DNA of 64,000 bases, taken from IMG/VR virus record IMGVR_UViG_3300025405_000009, positions 96,001 to 160,000 of that record; one strand, written 5' to 3'. The first letter of the stretch is position 1; each line of letters begins with the position of its first letter. Shown in pieces: positions 19,162 through 28,190 of the stretch. The notes beneath the pieces are model-generated. The model was not told where the DNA came from and made no database searches. It saw only the letters and a program-made list of their open reading frames with translations. Made by a program: the position numbers and the translations under genes. This DNA comes from a virus.

Positions 19162-22100
19162 ATGGTTGTAACACAAACCCAACTTATAACTTTTGATTCA
19201 ATTACCACTTTAGGTGTTAACGCTACAAATGCTGTCGATCGTACACAACCGCTTACTTTCATTCAATGGTTACCATATAATAAATCAATTTATACAACAC
19301 CTGAAAATGCATTAAATCTTTATCAAATATACGTTAGTAGCTGGTATGCAGTACAAGGTGTATCTGTAGCTCAAACAGCTAGTTCTATACAAAATCTTTA
19401 TGTTAATTTAATTAACGAAATTTTAATTAATTACTCAACTGTAGAGGAACAACGATATCTTACAAATCTCGATGTAACTAATCCAAGAGATCTTGCAATA
19501 GCTGTACCGTTCTTTTCAAAAAAAATAAAAGATGTTTGCTTGTATTATGTTAATTTACGTGAAACTGCTCAAACAGCTACAACACAATACAATTTAAAGG
19601 GATCTAATATTGGCGTCAAAACACTATTATATAATACTATTTCGAATGCTTTACAATCTCAAGATTTAACAAGTACAATCGCAACTCTGAATCTCTCTAT
19701 TTCTTCAATAAGAAATAATATAGTTTTAGATATTGAGGATATATATGATTTAACTCCTGATTATTTTGATACAAATCCAACGCTACCAACATCCGCTTAT
19801 GATGTTTCAGGAGATTTAAGACAGACATTTTTTGCAGCAAATCAAAATAATATTGATCCATATTTAACTTTAGATTTTAGCCAAAGTATTGTAAATGCAA
19901 TTTTACAATATCCAATCTATACTGCGCAACTTGGATTACAGTTAGCAATTGCCCCTGCAGTTCAACCTAATCAACTAGGATTATTAAAAGATAGCGATTA
20001 CATTAATAATGTTAATACAGGTAATAGTAGAGATTTAACACTTAATACAGAAATAACAAATCAAGAAAAATATATAGGTGCAGATTTTTATTATGTTATT
20101 ACTGATTCTACTTTAACTACATTTACTTCAGGACAGCTCTTTGCCGCTAATTCTGAATTTGCAAACGTATTAAATAAACGCTATCCAACAATTGCTTCTG
20201 TACCCAGTCAGGAGTTTTTAAATACAGGCAAAGAAATGGGATTATTTTTTAAACCTGATAAAATAGGTTTGTTACATTTTACTAATTTTAATTTTTCAGC
20301 TTCTGTCAATTTAAACAATCTCAAACCAAATACTGTTTACTACTTTCCAGACCCTGCAAAATATGGTAATGTAACAAGTAATACCCAACAAAATTTTATA
20401 ACACCGTTAAGCTTTTTTGAAAAAAATTATTTTAATAAAGTCGATTTTTCAAATCAATATCGTTTTGGTGATGTTGATAGTAATCCGTATTACCAACTTT
20501 TTAGAAGCTATCAATCACGTGAACAAACTTTAGATCAATCTAATTTTGGTATTTCAAGATATACAGATTATCAGGATTTCTTTACTGGTGGTCTTGATAG
20601 TATTTGGAATAATATTGATGTATATCCTCTGACACCCGTTGGACAGTATCCTGTGGATCAACGAGCAAATAGTCTCATAACAATCAATAATAGTTTAGTA
20701 CAGTTTAAGAGTGATATTTACGGTAATCAATACGGTCTTTATAAAAATTTAAATACATATAAAACACCACTCTCTAGTCCAGTTATACCTAATTCTTCTA
20801 TTACAGATCTTGTACTTGATAATAATCAATTTGTTTATACAACTGCACTCGACCCAACTAATATATTAAGTGCAGGTTCATTTAATAATAACAGTTCTCA
20901 GGCTACTATCGTAATACAATCATACGGATTTCGTTTTGAAGCCTTTTCACCGAGTTATGTTAGTTCTAATTTTATTGTCAATACTCTTGAATGTCAAACA
21001 TTCATAAGTCCAACAAGTGCATACTGGTCTGATTCACCTTTAAGTAACAGTACATCGTATGTAGCTAATAATGCATATTATTATAATACACTTGTAGAGT
21101 GTGGTACAGATTTAAACGGAAATCCTGCTATAGCAGGAAATATAGCATCATTTCTTGGACAACCAACTAATTTACCGCTCTATGATGGATATCATTTTGT
21201 GGTTGATTATTATGATAATAATTTAAACATAATTACTAATTATGATCCAACGACACCTGTTCAATATAATTATGACTATATAGAGCAAAATACATTTGTT
21301 AGTACTGTACCTGCTGTTAGTTCAACTCTCGACTTTAGCTTACTACCTTCACTATCAAATACACCTATAACCTCACTGTATAATCAACGCAATAATACAA
21401 CCGGTTATCTATATTGTAGAGCACCCGACAGTGTTAACACAAATACTATCAACAATAGCCCATTAAGTGCTATTTTAACAAAATATCAATCTATTAGTAC
21501 ATTTGATGCCGCTAATACACAATCAAATATAACTCTTTATAATGAAATTGTAACAAACGGTATTTTAAACTTTGATGTTTATTATGACGTTATTCAAATT
21601 GAAACAGCAAATAATTTAATTTTTGATAAAATACGTTTTAACTACACAAATAATCAATGTAGTTCAAACTCTGTAACGTATAGCTATCTATATCGCGGTT
21701 ATAATCAGCAGTTTGAAAAATTCTCTAACGTATGGTTTAACGAAACAAAGAATCAATTAATTGTCTGTCAAACAAAACTTTATAACCAATTAAGTGCTAC
21801 AAATTATAAAATTGTTTATCCAAAGATATACATAGTTGATCTCAATTTTCCGCAACCATTACAAGTATACCCTACTACAGCAGATCAAAATATTGCTTTA
21901 AGTTCAGTTATTCAATATTCACTTTCAAGTACTAATATAAGTATCGATATTGTTGAAGTTGAAAAACCAATATTGAGTTATAACAGTTCAACAGATGTGT
22001 ATGATTTAACATATCTTTGTAAAGATACAGCTAAAGCGTTTTATACTGTTAATGTTAAATTTAGATATATAAATGGAATATTAAAAATTATATCTTCAAC

Positions 22101-22365
22101 ACTATACAAACCATCTAGTAGTACGTTACATCAAAATTTCGGTACATACAATACAACAAGTACTTTTATTTTACCATCATTGAGTACGTATGACGTATTG
22201 GGTAATAGTTATGGTAACGGATTTAAAAGTTCAATTGGTTTTGTAAATACAGGAGATTCAACATTTACATTTAATATTATTAATTATGTCAATGAATTCT
22301 TAATTGATCAAACAGCGATATATCTTATTACTCAAGAGGCTGGTGGCTTCATTGTTGTACCGTAA
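19162..22365 (+). CDS. Large virion structural (baseplate/tail) protein
   Basis: 1067 aa, N/T/S/Y-rich, next to the gp15-like gene; TAAATA 9 nt upstream. Confidence 0.55.
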   Translation: MVVTQTQLITFDSITTLGVNATNAVDRTQPLTFIQWLPYNKSIYTTPENALNLYQIYVSSWYAVQGVSVAQTASSIQNLYVNLINEILINYSTVEEQRYLTNLDVTNPRDLAIAVPFFSKKIKDVCLYYVNLRETAQTATTQYNLKGSNIGVKTLLYNTISNALQSQDLTSTIATLNLSISSIRNNIVLDIEDIYDLTPDYFDTNPTLPTSAYDVSGDLRQTFFAANQNNIDPYLTLDFSQSIVNAILQYPIYTAQLGLQLAIAPAVQPNQLGLLKDSDYINNVNTGNSRDLTLNTEITNQEKYIGADFYYVITDSTLTTFTSGQLFAANSEFANVLNKRYPTIASVPSQEFLNTGKEMGLFFKPDKIGLLHFTNFNFSASVNLNNLKPNTVYYFPDPAKYGNVTSNTQQNFITPLSFFEKNYFNKVDFSNQYRFGDVDSNPYYQLFRSYQSREQTLDQSNFGISRYTDYQDFFTGGLDSIWNNIDVYPLTPVGQYPVDQRANSLITINNSLVQFKSDIYGNQYGLYKNLNTYKTPLSSPVIPNSSITDLVLDNNQFVYTTALDPTNILSAGSFNNNSSQATIVIQSYGFRFEAFSPSYVSSNFIVNTLECQTFISPTSAYWSDSPLSNSTSYVANNAYYYNTLVECGTDLNGNPAIAGNIASFLGQPTNLPLYDGYHFVVDYYDNNLNIITNYDPTTPVQYNYDYIEQNTFVSTVPAVSSTLDFSLLPSLSNTPITSLYNQRNNTTGYLYCRAPDSVNTNTINNSPLSAILTKYQSISTFDAANTQSNITLYNEIVTNGILNFDVYYDVIQIETANNLIFDKIRFNYTNNQCSSNSVTYSYLYRGYNQQFEKFSNVWFNETKNQLIVCQTKLYNQLSATNYKIVYPKIYIVDLNFPQPLQVYPTTADQNIALSSVIQYSLSSTNISIDIVEVEKPILSYNSSTDVYDLTYLCKDTAKAFYTVNVKFRYINGILKIISSTLYKPSSSTLHQNFGTYNTTSTFILPSLSTYDVLGNSYGNGFKSSIGFVNTGDSTFTFNIINYVNEFLIDQTAIYLITQEAGGFIVVP

Positions 22366-22523
22366 CTATTATTTGTATTACGATACCGTCTTCCAGGTAT
22401 TTGAGCTCCCTTACCCTCTGCTACAAGCTGTGCTGTTGTCTTGAGAATAGGATATACATGCTCTACTTCTTTTATACCAAAAATTTGATTGGTAAATTTT
22501 TTAAAAACTTTGAGCAATTGCAT
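22332..22523 (-). CDS. Small hypothetical protein
   Basis: ORF fills the gap; TAATTA 5 nt upstream; overlaps the previous gene by 34 nt. Confidence 0.4.
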   Translation of the reverse strand: MQLLKVFKKFTNQIFGIKEVEHVYPILKTTAQLVAEGKGAQIPGRRYRNTNNSYGTTMKPPAS

Positions 22524-22577
22524 ACTTTTAATTAATTAGTCTCTAGAAGAAACCTTTTTCAATAAAAGAACAAAAAA

Positions 22578-22937
22578 TTAATGCAATGACAGCAAATATT
22601 TTAATCTATTGAATACACCAAGCATCTCATCTCTTACATTTAGAAGATCAGAATCATTAACACTATCAAGCTCGTCATTAAGACCAATAAGAAAATCTAC
22701 ATATGAATCAATCATCGTCATATAACCATCATCAATATTTTCTAATTCAATATTATATCTAAATTTAGCTTTTGAACGACCATATTTACCCATGTATATC
22801 TCAACAAATGTATCTATTAAGTCACTTATTTGCTTATATGTTTTATCAAATGCTTTATGCTGAGCATAACTCTCTGTCTGCCAGTGAAAAACCTTAATTT
22901 GATTTTGTATACTTAAAAATGGAGCAAACAGTTTCAT
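22578..22937 (-). CDS. DUF5856-like, Dps/ferritin-like four-helix protein
   Basis: KVFHWQTESYAQHKAFDKTY..ISDLIDTFVEIYMG, NVRDEMLG..NRLKYLL; start at MKLF. Confidence 0.6.
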   Translation of the reverse strand: MKLFAPFLSIQNQIKVFHWQTESYAQHKAFDKTYKQISDLIDTFVEIYMGKYGRSKAKFRYNIELENIDDGYMTMIDSYVDFLIGLNDELDSVNDSDLLNVRDEMLGVFNRLKYLLSLH

Positions 22938-22951
22938 TGTTATAGATATAT

Positions 22952-23422
22952 TTATACACCAAACGCTGCACAAAGCAAGGAAATAGGATCAAGTTGCTTA
23001 CTTGTTGTAACAACAACATTAGCAGATTCATAATCACCGTACGGATCTGAAGTATTAATTGATTCAGCATTTGCTATTATATTGGATTCTACAGGCATGT
23101 ACGGAGACTTACGAATTTTCTCTAATATTAGAGTCATAAGTTGATTGAGAACAATATCTGCCATAGCAGCTGATACAAACTCTTCAATATCTTTACGATT
23201 AAATTTACCTTTTAATACTTCAAAAGGGTTTGCATATGTACCAAAAACATAATGAGGTAAATATTTGTTAGCTAATGTAGCGCAATCTTTAATAACATGA
23301 AAAGCAGCAGGTGTTTGAATAGTAATTCCTGTCTCTGGACGTTCAGCTGCTTTTTTAGATGGTCCGTAGAGCTTAGCTTCTTTAACTTGACTATTCAGAA
23401 TGATTTGATCGATAAAGTTCAT
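22952..23422 (-). CDS. Hypothetical protein
   Basis: 156-aa ORF in the minus-strand operon. Confidence 0.6.
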   Translation of the reverse strand: MNFIDQIILNSQVKEAKLYGPSKKAAERPETGITIQTPAAFHVIKDCATLANKYLPHYVFGTYANPFEVLKGKFNRKDIEEFVSAAMADIVLNQLMTLILEKIRKSPYMPVESNIIANAESINTSDPYGDYESANVVVTTSKQLDPISLLCAAFGV

Positions 23423-24104
23423 TTATTTTATAATAATTAAGCATAGCTAATACATCATATTTTTTATATGACATTGGATAGTATGTAAATTTTTCAGTTA
23501 TTCTATCATAATAGAATACACCAATAGTATTTACACGTCTGCCAGTTATACATTGATACATGTATGCATAGGTTGATAGTTGTAGACTATAAATTGAGTA
23601 TTCACTGGCTGTTAAATGATCAAGTGGTGAGAGGAGAAATTCATTATATGGGTTAAACATATTGAACTTTTTGTTTGTCTTAAGATCAAAAACGCTAAAT
23701 CCACCATTTTTTTCGTTTCTAATTAAATCCGCAGTACCTGCTAGTTTAAAATCATGAGAGTGAAGCTTATGTTCAACAAGTAAATCATCTTTCTTATTGA
23801 CAATGTCTAAATCTAAAAATGCTTGAATAAAAACCGTATACTCTGGATCAAACGTGCCAGTTTTTAAATATTTTTCAATAACAGCATGAAAATCAGTACC
23901 GATATCCTTACTCTTATCGTTAGCAATCTTCCATCGATCAAGTACTTCTTGCTTTGTAATTCCCTCTCTTTTAGCTACCCTACTAGCTGTGCCCTCGGAG
24001 TCAAATGGCTTTTTAAACTTATGAATAACTCTTGTTACTGAATTATAAATTTCACCAGTAAATTCATTTTTATACGAGTGATTAATAGGATCAAATACTA
24101 ACAT
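23391..24104 (-). CDS. PD-(D/E)XK (Cas4/RecB-like) exonuclease
   Basis: YNSVTRVI, GTDFHAVIEKY, LAGTADL, VFDLKTNK, YSLQLSTYAYM. Confidence 0.8.
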   Translation of the reverse strand: MLVFDPINHSYKNEFTGEIYNSVTRVIHKFKKPFDSEGTASRVAKREGITKQEVLDRWKIANDKSKDIGTDFHAVIEKYLKTGTFDPEYTVFIQAFLDLDIVNKKDDLLVEHKLHSHDFKLAGTADLIRNEKNGGFSVFDLKTNKKFNMFNPYNEFLLSPLDHLTASEYSIYSLQLSTYAYMYQCITGRRVNTIGVFYYDRITEKFTYYPMSYKKYDVLAMLNYYKINELYRSNHSE

Positions 24105-24141
24105 TTACCTATTATATATCTTCTGTCAATAATTTCAAGTT

Positions 24142-24348
24142 TTATTTTTCAAGAACGTATGTACATGTATACCCTGTCTTTATAGTTGTCTTATGAACAA
24201 GTTTAAAATTTAACGACATTAACCGAATATTAAGAGCTTTAAACCATTGTTTTTTAACATTAATAATAATGCTATTCTTATTGTGGTCAACAAGAATAAC
24301 ATCGGTGAATTCTTCACATATAGATGTAACTATTTTAGAAACTGACAT
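24142..24348 (-). CDS. Hypothetical protein
   Basis: 68-aa ORF; TAAATA 9 nt upstream. Confidence 0.55.
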   Translation of the reverse strand: MSVSKIVTSICEEFTDVILVDHNKNSIIINVKKQWFKALNIRLMSLNFKLVHKTTIKTGYTCTYVLEK

Positions 24349-24398
24349 GTATAGTAATATTTATTCAATATTACCTACATATTATTTTGTGTGAATCC

Positions 24399-24596
24399 TT
24401 ATGAAATAAGGATGGACTCGTTAATAGATGCAAGAAACTTAGTAATCTTTTCACTTATCTTACTGAGAGTTTGTGTATCTGTTTCAGTAATAAGATCAGC
24501 TGTTTTATTTTGTACGGCATTAATTACAATCACAATATTTTTAAGATCACCAATTGTAAGTTCAGTAGTAAATTCTTCGCTTGCGTTTTTACCCAT
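24399..24596 (-). CDS. Hypothetical protein
   Basis: 65-aa helical ORF co-oriented with its neighbours. Confidence 0.5.
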   Translation of the reverse strand: MGKNASEEFTTELTIGDLKNIVIVINAVQNKTADLITETDTQTLSKISEKITKFLASINESILIS

Positions 24597-24641
24597 ATAA
24601 TATTATTATATTAGTGATAAATTATAGTAAATTCAACTTTT

Positions 24642-25112
24642 ATGTATATTTTTACTCTCAAACCTACTCCAAAATCAGTAGATTGGTTTAAGGAGCATAA
24701 TTACGATGTAAAATCTATGGGAGCTGCCACCTCTATGCTATTTGCTGAAGTTGAACCTGGTGCAATTACTAGAAAAATAACATTAATAGTACAAGTAGAT
24801 GTAGGGGCTGATGAGAGCGGTTATAAGTTTTATTCTAACAAAATATATCTCTGTGACGAGCCGAGAACAAAGGCAAAATCTTATAAACAAAAAGAAAGAG
24901 CGTTGTTTGAGCATTATTTACATGAGTTTAGACATTGGATGCAAAATAGAATCTATAAAGTTAGTCATACTCAACTTACTTACAATCAGGAAGACGTTGA
25001 TTTAAATCGTCATGCATACTTTCGTAATGAACATGAAGTAGATGCACGCAGATTTACAAAACAACACTTAGCAAAATTTTGTAAATACTATAAAGCCTTT
25101 AAACACGTATAA
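24642..25112 (+). CDS. Putative zinc metallopeptidase (HExxH)
   Basis: HYLHEFRHWMQ followed by EHEVDAR. Confidence 0.6.
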   Translation: MYIFTLKPTPKSVDWFKEHNYDVKSMGAATSMLFAEVEPGAITRKITLIVQVDVGADESGYKFYSNKIYLCDEPRTKAKSYKQKERALFEHYLHEFRHWMQNRIYKVSHTQLTYNQEDVDLNRHAYFRNEHEVDARRFTKQHLAKFCKYYKAFKHV

Positions 25113-25308
25113 TTAAAGAGTCCATATACGTTTTCCAGATTTTTGTTTGATATTCGGCTTTTAAATTTATTGCCTGACAGCCATTACAATTATTATCAGC
25201 TACAAGCTTATTAACCTCAGTTTGATATTGAGCACGTAACTCTAAACAATCTTTAATTGATTCAGGACACGGCCCTTCTAAATTAAAAAAATCGTTATAT
25301 ATACTCAT
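25099..25308 (-). CDS. Small Cys-containing hypothetical protein
   Basis: 69 aa; CPESIKDC and CNGC. Confidence 0.5.
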   Translation of the reverse strand: MSIYNDFFNLEGPCPESIKDCLELRAQYQTEVNKLVADNNCNGCQAINLKAEYQTKIWKTYMDSLIIRV

Positions 25309-25916
25309 ATACAGGTTTCTACTAGTTTCGCCTCTGCCTCTCTTCTTGCAAGCAATCCATCAAGACCCTTACCTTCCCATATACGCTTCATTTTTCGTAA
25401 CTCCTCTGCAATACCTCTATAATCACGCTTTGGCACAAGGAGCTTTATGTCTCTCATTTCGAGACGACTATCTCCTGTCATACTCGTTCCTCGATTAAAA
25501 ACAAGGGAGACAAGGGCTCCGTAAGCATTATCACAAAGCTGATCAAGACCTGGAAAAGCTTTCTCAGCAAGATTAGCAAACTTAGGCCATGTTAAAGTAT
25601 TGAATATATGTACAGCGTGATTCCAATCAACGGTAATATTAAGCGGTTTTATTTGTTGTACATACTCTCTACCTGCTTGCCCGGTCTTACCAGAAGCACG
25701 TCTTACAGCTTCAAGTTGATCAGACGGTAAAAAGCCAAAAATTCTTGAAAGCTCATCTGGTGTATAATAACCACAATCAATACCTATACCAAGTGTTGTT
25801 CCTGACGCACCTCCTGGCCAAGTTGGATGTGTTAGGTATTTGTTATAATATGATTCATTACCACCAACTTCATATTCAAGAATAAGATTTAATGCATCAG
25901 GTGATGGGTATTTCAT
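25305..25916 (-). CDS. Endolysin, lysozyme-like (pesticin/GH24-related)
   Basis: ILEYEVGG...HPTWPGGASGTTLGIGIDCG, ALVSLVFNRG, GLLARREAEA. Confidence 0.85.
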   Translation of the reverse strand: MKYPSPDALNLILEYEVGGNESYYNKYLTHPTWPGGASGTTLGIGIDCGYYTPDELSRIFGFLPSDQLEAVRRASGKTGQAGREYVQQIKPLNITVDWNHAVHIFNTLTWPKFANLAEKAFPGLDQLCDNAYGALVSLVFNRGTSMTGDSRLEMRDIKLLVPKRDYRGIAEELRKMKRIWEGKGLDGLLARREAEAKLVETCI

Positions 25917-26272
25917 ATATTAACATTTTGAATATTATAATCACCTTCTTTAGTGTTATTTGTTAAAAATTGCTCACTAACATTAATATTTCTGTTTTCA
26001 TTAAACAAACTGCTTTGATTACTTGTTATATTTTGATTTTCACTAATGGAATTCGATCTAAAAAGTTTCATTGTTTCGGTACCAGAGTAACCAAGAATAA
26101 AAGCACCTGCTAGAAACGTTAAAAATGTAAGATAAGGTGTAACATCTCTTAATAAATGAAAAGCATCTAAGCTCATTATTATGGTCAGATATATAAGGAA
26201 AACAATAAGCCACTTTTGTCTGTTTCCTTCACAGAATTTTTCTTTTGTAAAAAGTTTTCTTTCCTCAGACAT
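25913..26272 (-). CDS. Putative holin (2 TM helices)
   Basis: Two hydrophobic segments; immediately upstream of and overlapping the endolysin. Confidence 0.55.
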   Translation of the reverse strand: MSEERKLFTKEKFCEGNRQKWLIVFLIYLTIIMSLDAFHLLRDVTPYLTFLTFLAGAFILGYSGTETMKLFRSNSISENQNITSNQSSLFNENRNINVSEQFLTNNTKEGDYNIQNVNI

Positions 26273-26282
26273 ACATAATTAC

Positions 26283-26396
26283 TTATCCATGTAAATGGAA
26301 AAGTATACAACGTGCTATAACTACGCCAAATATTAAGCTATAAACACATATAGCATAGAAGAGATAGTTTGAGTGTGGTCTATAATCCTGATCCAT
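26283..26396 (-). CDS. Small membrane peptide (MDQDYRPH..., 37 aa)
   Basis: In-frame ATG at 26396; single hydrophobic segment; inside the lysis operon. Confidence 0.4.
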   Translation of the reverse strand: MDQDYRPHSNYLFYAICVYSLIFGVVIARCILFHLHG

Positions 26397-26398
26397 AC

Positions 26399-26626
26399 TT
26401 AGAAAAGAATACCGCAAAGAAACCCTAAGATAAAGATAGCAATAACAAGGGATGTTTTTGGGTGTAAAGCTACCCAATCAAAGAATGAATTAAATGCTTT
26501 GGATACTATTGAAGTAGCTGTATTAAGTTTAGGTGTAGCAACAGTAATAGCTTCATGAACTTTTGGTTCAAACGCTGAAACCGTATTATTTATAGTGGAT
26601 TCTATATTTTGTATAAGATCGTCCAT
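26399..26626 (-). CDS. Small protein with C-terminal TM helix
   Basis: KTSLVIAIFILGFLCGILF C-terminus; TAAATA upstream. Confidence 0.55.
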   Translation of the reverse strand: MDDLIQNIESTINNTVSAFEPKVHEAITVATPKLNTATSIVSKAFNSFFDWVALHPKTSLVIAIFILGFLCGILF

Positions 26627-26658
26627 AATAATATTTATGGTACAAGTCTATTTTTTGA

Positions 26659-27246
26659 TTAAAATAGAAGGAACCTACTGGCTCTCAACCAGATATAGCC
26701 TAAAATAGCAGTAACTAATACAATAATAGCTATACTCTTACGTAAATTTGATGCTTCTAGCTTATAAACACGTGTTTGAAGAGTTTCAGCGTTTTTAATA
26801 ATAATATCTTTCATTTCTTTTTGATGTTTAAGTTCATTTATTGTATTTTGATTATCCTTTACAAGATTAGCGTTATCTTTCTTAAGCTGTTCATTAATGG
26901 CTCTATTTTTTAATAAAGCTTGATAATCAGACGAACCAACAACTACAACTCTTTCATCTTTATATTGATCTGGTACTAAGACCACAGCTGTTTTACCTTT
27001 TTTAGGTGAATTTTTAACAACTTTATCAGCTTCATATACTGATTGAATAGGAATTCTATGTTTCGGTGTTTTTACAAGTTTTGTTGTTTCATTTGAATAG
27101 TAATAAGCAAGATCAACACGCTTCTTAATTAAAGAATCAGACGTTGCATATACATTTTGACTGAGAGCTTCGGATTGTTTCTCAGTATAATATGTACAAG
27201 AAACAAGAAAAGCAGCTATGGCTGCTAAAATAAGAATACGCTTCAT
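26659..27246 (-). CDS. Lipoprotein with C-terminal TM helix (unimolecular spanin candidate)
   Basis: MKRILILAAIAAFLVS|C lipobox, coiled-coil middle region, TM SIAIIVLVTAILGYIWL; in the lysis cassette. Confidence 0.6.
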   Translation of the reverse strand: MKRILILAAIAAFLVSCTYYTEKQSEALSQNVYATSDSLIKKRVDLAYYYSNETTKLVKTPKHRIPIQSVYEADKVVKNSPKKGKTAVVLVPDQYKDERVVVVGSSDYQALLKNRAINEQLKKDNANLVKDNQNTINELKHQKEMKDIIIKNAETLQTRVYKLEASNLRKSIAIIVLVTAILGYIWLRASRFLLF

Positions 27247-27283
27247 GTATATAATTACATAATGGCGATTAAGAAATCAACTT

Positions 27284-27451
27284 TTATTGATCAGGAAATA
27301 ATGTACGAACAATTATTTCTGTTGTATTAACGGATGGGCGTGTATGAATAACCGCTTTTCTAACTGTAGATGTTTGGTGCGCTACAAGTTTTTGTGAAAC
27401 ACTCTCATTATCACTTGAACCGCCATGAGTAGCATTCTCATTATTTGCCAT
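27284..27451 (-). CDS. Small hypothetical protein (55 aa, MANNENATHG...)
   Basis: Manually found ORF filling the gap between co-oriented genes. Confidence 0.45.
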   Translation of the reverse strand: MANNENATHGGSSDNESVSQKLVAHQTSTVRKAVIHTRPSVNTTEIIVRTLFPDQ

Positions 27452-27454
27452 ATA

Positions 27455-27889
27455 TTAATAATTATAAGCTGAAAGCTGAAAGTATTTCCAAATTGATGAC
27501 ACAGCGTTTGAACTAGTGTATCCTGTTGATACTGCAGTTATCAAAGTACCGGTTGGACCATTAACATAGTATAGAGAGTTAACAGGGTATCCACCTGCAT
27601 TAAGAGTAAACTGAACGTAATCGTATTGAGGAATACCTAATCCGGATGAATCACCTTGATTGACATTATAAGTTAAAACTGCAACTTTTGGATAAATTGT
27701 AGTAGCTGTTAATGCATTTGATAATGAATTATTTGGAAACGCCTGTGTTGTATCAGGATAATGAGTTACTGCCGTAACAGATACAGATGGAAATCTACTA
27801 TCACCAAACAAGGGAATAAATTTACCGTTTTCTAATTGTTCAAAGTTATATACTACTGAGGAATTATCACTATTGTCAGGACTTGGCAT
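27455..27889 (-). CDS. Putative structural protein
   Basis: 144 aa, S/T/N/Y-rich, in the tail block. Confidence 0.5.
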   Translation of the reverse strand: MPSPDNSDNSSVVYNFEQLENGKFIPLFGDSRFPSVSVTAVTHYPDTTQAFPNNSLSNALTATTIYPKVAVLTYNVNQGDSSGLGIPQYDYVQFTLNAGGYPVNSLYYVNGPTGTLITAVSTGYTSSNAVSSIWKYFQLSAYNY

Positions 27890-27899
27890 ATATTATTAT

Positions 27900-28190
27900 T
27901 TATTGTAGAAAGATCTTTTTATATAAAATTGATGCAAAGAAATATGTTATAACTCCACATAGTATATTAGAAATTGAAGGCGTAAAAATTAGTAAAGCTA
28001 TAGGATTATATAAAAACGAAGTTAATAAGCCAAACCAAAATGCACTGCATTCTGGACATAAAAGAGGTATACTAATAATAGGTATTTTTGAAACTAAATT
28101 GCGAACTGGTTTAAAAATTGTTGAAAAACTCCACATATATGAGACACCAAGACTCATACAAAGAAAAGATAATATTTTATCAGTAATCAT
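27900..28190 (-). CDS. Small membrane protein with CxxC (DUF1360-like)
   Basis: Hydrophobic; LLCPECSAFWFG. Confidence 0.5.
   Translation of the reverse strand: MITDKILSFLCMSLGVSYMWSFSTIFKPVRNLVSKIPIISIPLLCPECSAFWFGLLTSFLYNPIALLIFTPSISNILCGVITYFFASILYKKIFLQ

Noticed and set aside
23391-24104. Cas4-like nuclease as part of a CRISPR system
   Set aside because: No repeat-spacer array or other cas genes are visible; solitary PD-(D/E)XK exonucleases are common in T4-like phages.
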